Position numbers and translations under genes: made by a program
Assembly: GCA_963749915.1 (NCBI GenBank)
Contig: CAVVOP010000005.1
Span: forward strand, 352,001 to 416,000
Direction: 5' to 3'
Source of the DNA: an uncultured cyanobacterium
GTDB lineage: Bacteria; Cyanobacteriota; Cyanobacteriia; Cyanobacteriales; Cyanobacteriaceae
Length of the DNA: 64,000 nt
Notes under the pieces: model-generated
Databases searched by the model: none
Told to the model about the DNA's origin: nothing
The model's input: the letters and a program-made list of their open reading frames with translations, nothing else
In this document: piece after piece, positions 62,881 through 64,000 of the stretch
How positions within the stretch are numbered: position 1 is the stretch's first letter
Layout: each line of letters opens with the position of its first letter

Positions 62881-64000
62881 CTAAACTTTTGCATAAATTC
62901 GGCGCAGGAAAGACATATCCAAATTACCGAAATTGGCACTAAAAGCTACATTGACCTTTTCTAAACTTCTGACTAACCATGCGGCACCATCTTTAGTGAA
63001 AGATTCATAGTGATTGAACAGGATCGAAAATCTTTTTTCTAAATAGGGTTTTACCTTACTACAAACTAACACTAATTTTAACAACACTCCAATGGTTTTA
63101 GTTGTGCCCATATTACTAATCATATCCATAAAGACTAAATGGCTAGGATTTTGAGGACTATCTACAATTAAATAATTAAATAATTGACTGTAGGTACGCA
63201 TTTTCAAAAACTCATCGGCAGGACTATGGTCATATTTGTGATACATTTGTTGCAAGTTACTATATAACCTTTTATTAAAGCTATGTTTACCGTATTTGCC
63301 TTCGATGGATTGCACTACATATTCATATAAATCATCTTTGAAGAGTTTATAGTTGCGCACATCGCTGGTATGGATTAAAAAACTACGGGATAAATCTTGA
63401 TAAGAATGACCATTTTCTACTGCACCAACATAGTGTCTCAAACTTTTTCCCAAATCTCGATCGCTTAATAGAGTGGGATTGGCGACAGGTTGAATAATAC
63501 GACCCCCATTTAATTCTGCCATTTTTTGTTGTCCCGTCTGTGCTATCCTAATTTGATAAGTAACAAATTTAGATAATTTAGATTCAAACTGCTTTTCTCG
63601 TTCTGTTTTGACTTTATAGACGGTTTGTTGTTGCTCTGTACTACTACCAGCTCCTAAAAGGCAGTAATCATAAAGATAAGGGTACCGAGTTATTAAATTA
63701 CCGACAACTTCCTCTTTTCGGCTAGAACCATTTTTTCCGTCTTGACTTTGATTGAGAATAGTTGCTAAACGTCTTAGTTGTCTGAAATAATCGGTTTCCA
63801 AAAATTCTTTGACTAATTGATTCATCCGGCCACCATAGGATTTTCCGTAATTTCTAGCCACTCTGGGGGGAAGTAAATCAAATAACTCCACCAACTTCAC
63901 CACGTAACCCTGAGTTTTTGGGTTTATCTGCCATCGGTTAATCAGAATGTGACAACAACGGTTTAAAATCGGGGGAAACGTTGCTGAAGCCTGTTTGTTA
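62881..64000 (-). CDS. Conserved cyanobacterial hypothetical protein (5' end outside window)
   Basis: Frame open to the window edge (LNRCCHILINRW...RYPYLY...LEKRFSILFNHYE). Confidence 0.8.
   Translation of the reverse strand, partial: NKQASATFPPILNRCCHILINRWQINPKTQGYVVKLVELFDLLPPRVARNYGKSYGGRMNQLVKEFLETDYFRQLRRLATILNQSQDGKNGSSRKEEVVGNLITRYPYLYDYCLLGAGSSTEQQQTVYKVKTEREKQFESKLSKFVTYQIRIAQTGQQKMAELNGGRIIQPVANPTLLSDRDLGKSLRHYVGAVENGHSYQDLSRSFLIHTSDVRNYKLFKDDLYEYVVQSIEGKYGKHSFNKRLYSNLQQMYHKYDHSPADEFLKMRTYSQLFNYLIVDSPQNPSHLVFMDMISNMGTTKTIGVLLKLVLVCSKVKPYLEKRFSILFNHYESFTKDGAAWLVRSLEKVNVAFSANFGNLDMSFLRRIYAKV

Overview
AT-rich cyanobacterial chromosome window, with frequent HIP1 octamers (GCGATCGC) and psbA, chlP and cytochrome c6. 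The short 356-aa D1 suggests the Geminocystis/Cyanobacterium group (inference). 1-25 kb is mostly housekeeping (RNase II, htpG, pdhC, metal ABC transporter, gcvT, amt, lepB, pgk, chlP). It is interrupted by a decayed toxin-antitoxin islet (14.0-15.6 kb), an internally deleted IS982 and a hidden SF1 helicase-TPR pseudogene. About 25.0-44.15 kb is a mosaic accessory island: a high-GC glgX, two inverted IS1634 copies plus a lone third end, several fused gene fragments and a HIP1-dense block. 44-50 kb is core again (thiE, psbA). 50.0-57.5 kb is the best candidate for an undescribed system. It is a co-oriented cluster resembling a lipid-carrier extracytoplasmic glycosylation pathway (small flippase, two GT2s of which one lacks DXD, GT-C) with its own FAD oxidoreductase, SDR and TIM-barrel sugar-remodelling enzymes. 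The window ends with pntB, an IS remnant, a vWA/solute-binding lipoprotein pair and a KID-repeat protein. No rRNA, tRNA, CRISPR array or reverse transcriptase was recognised. Family calls come from motif recognition by eye; no searches were run.
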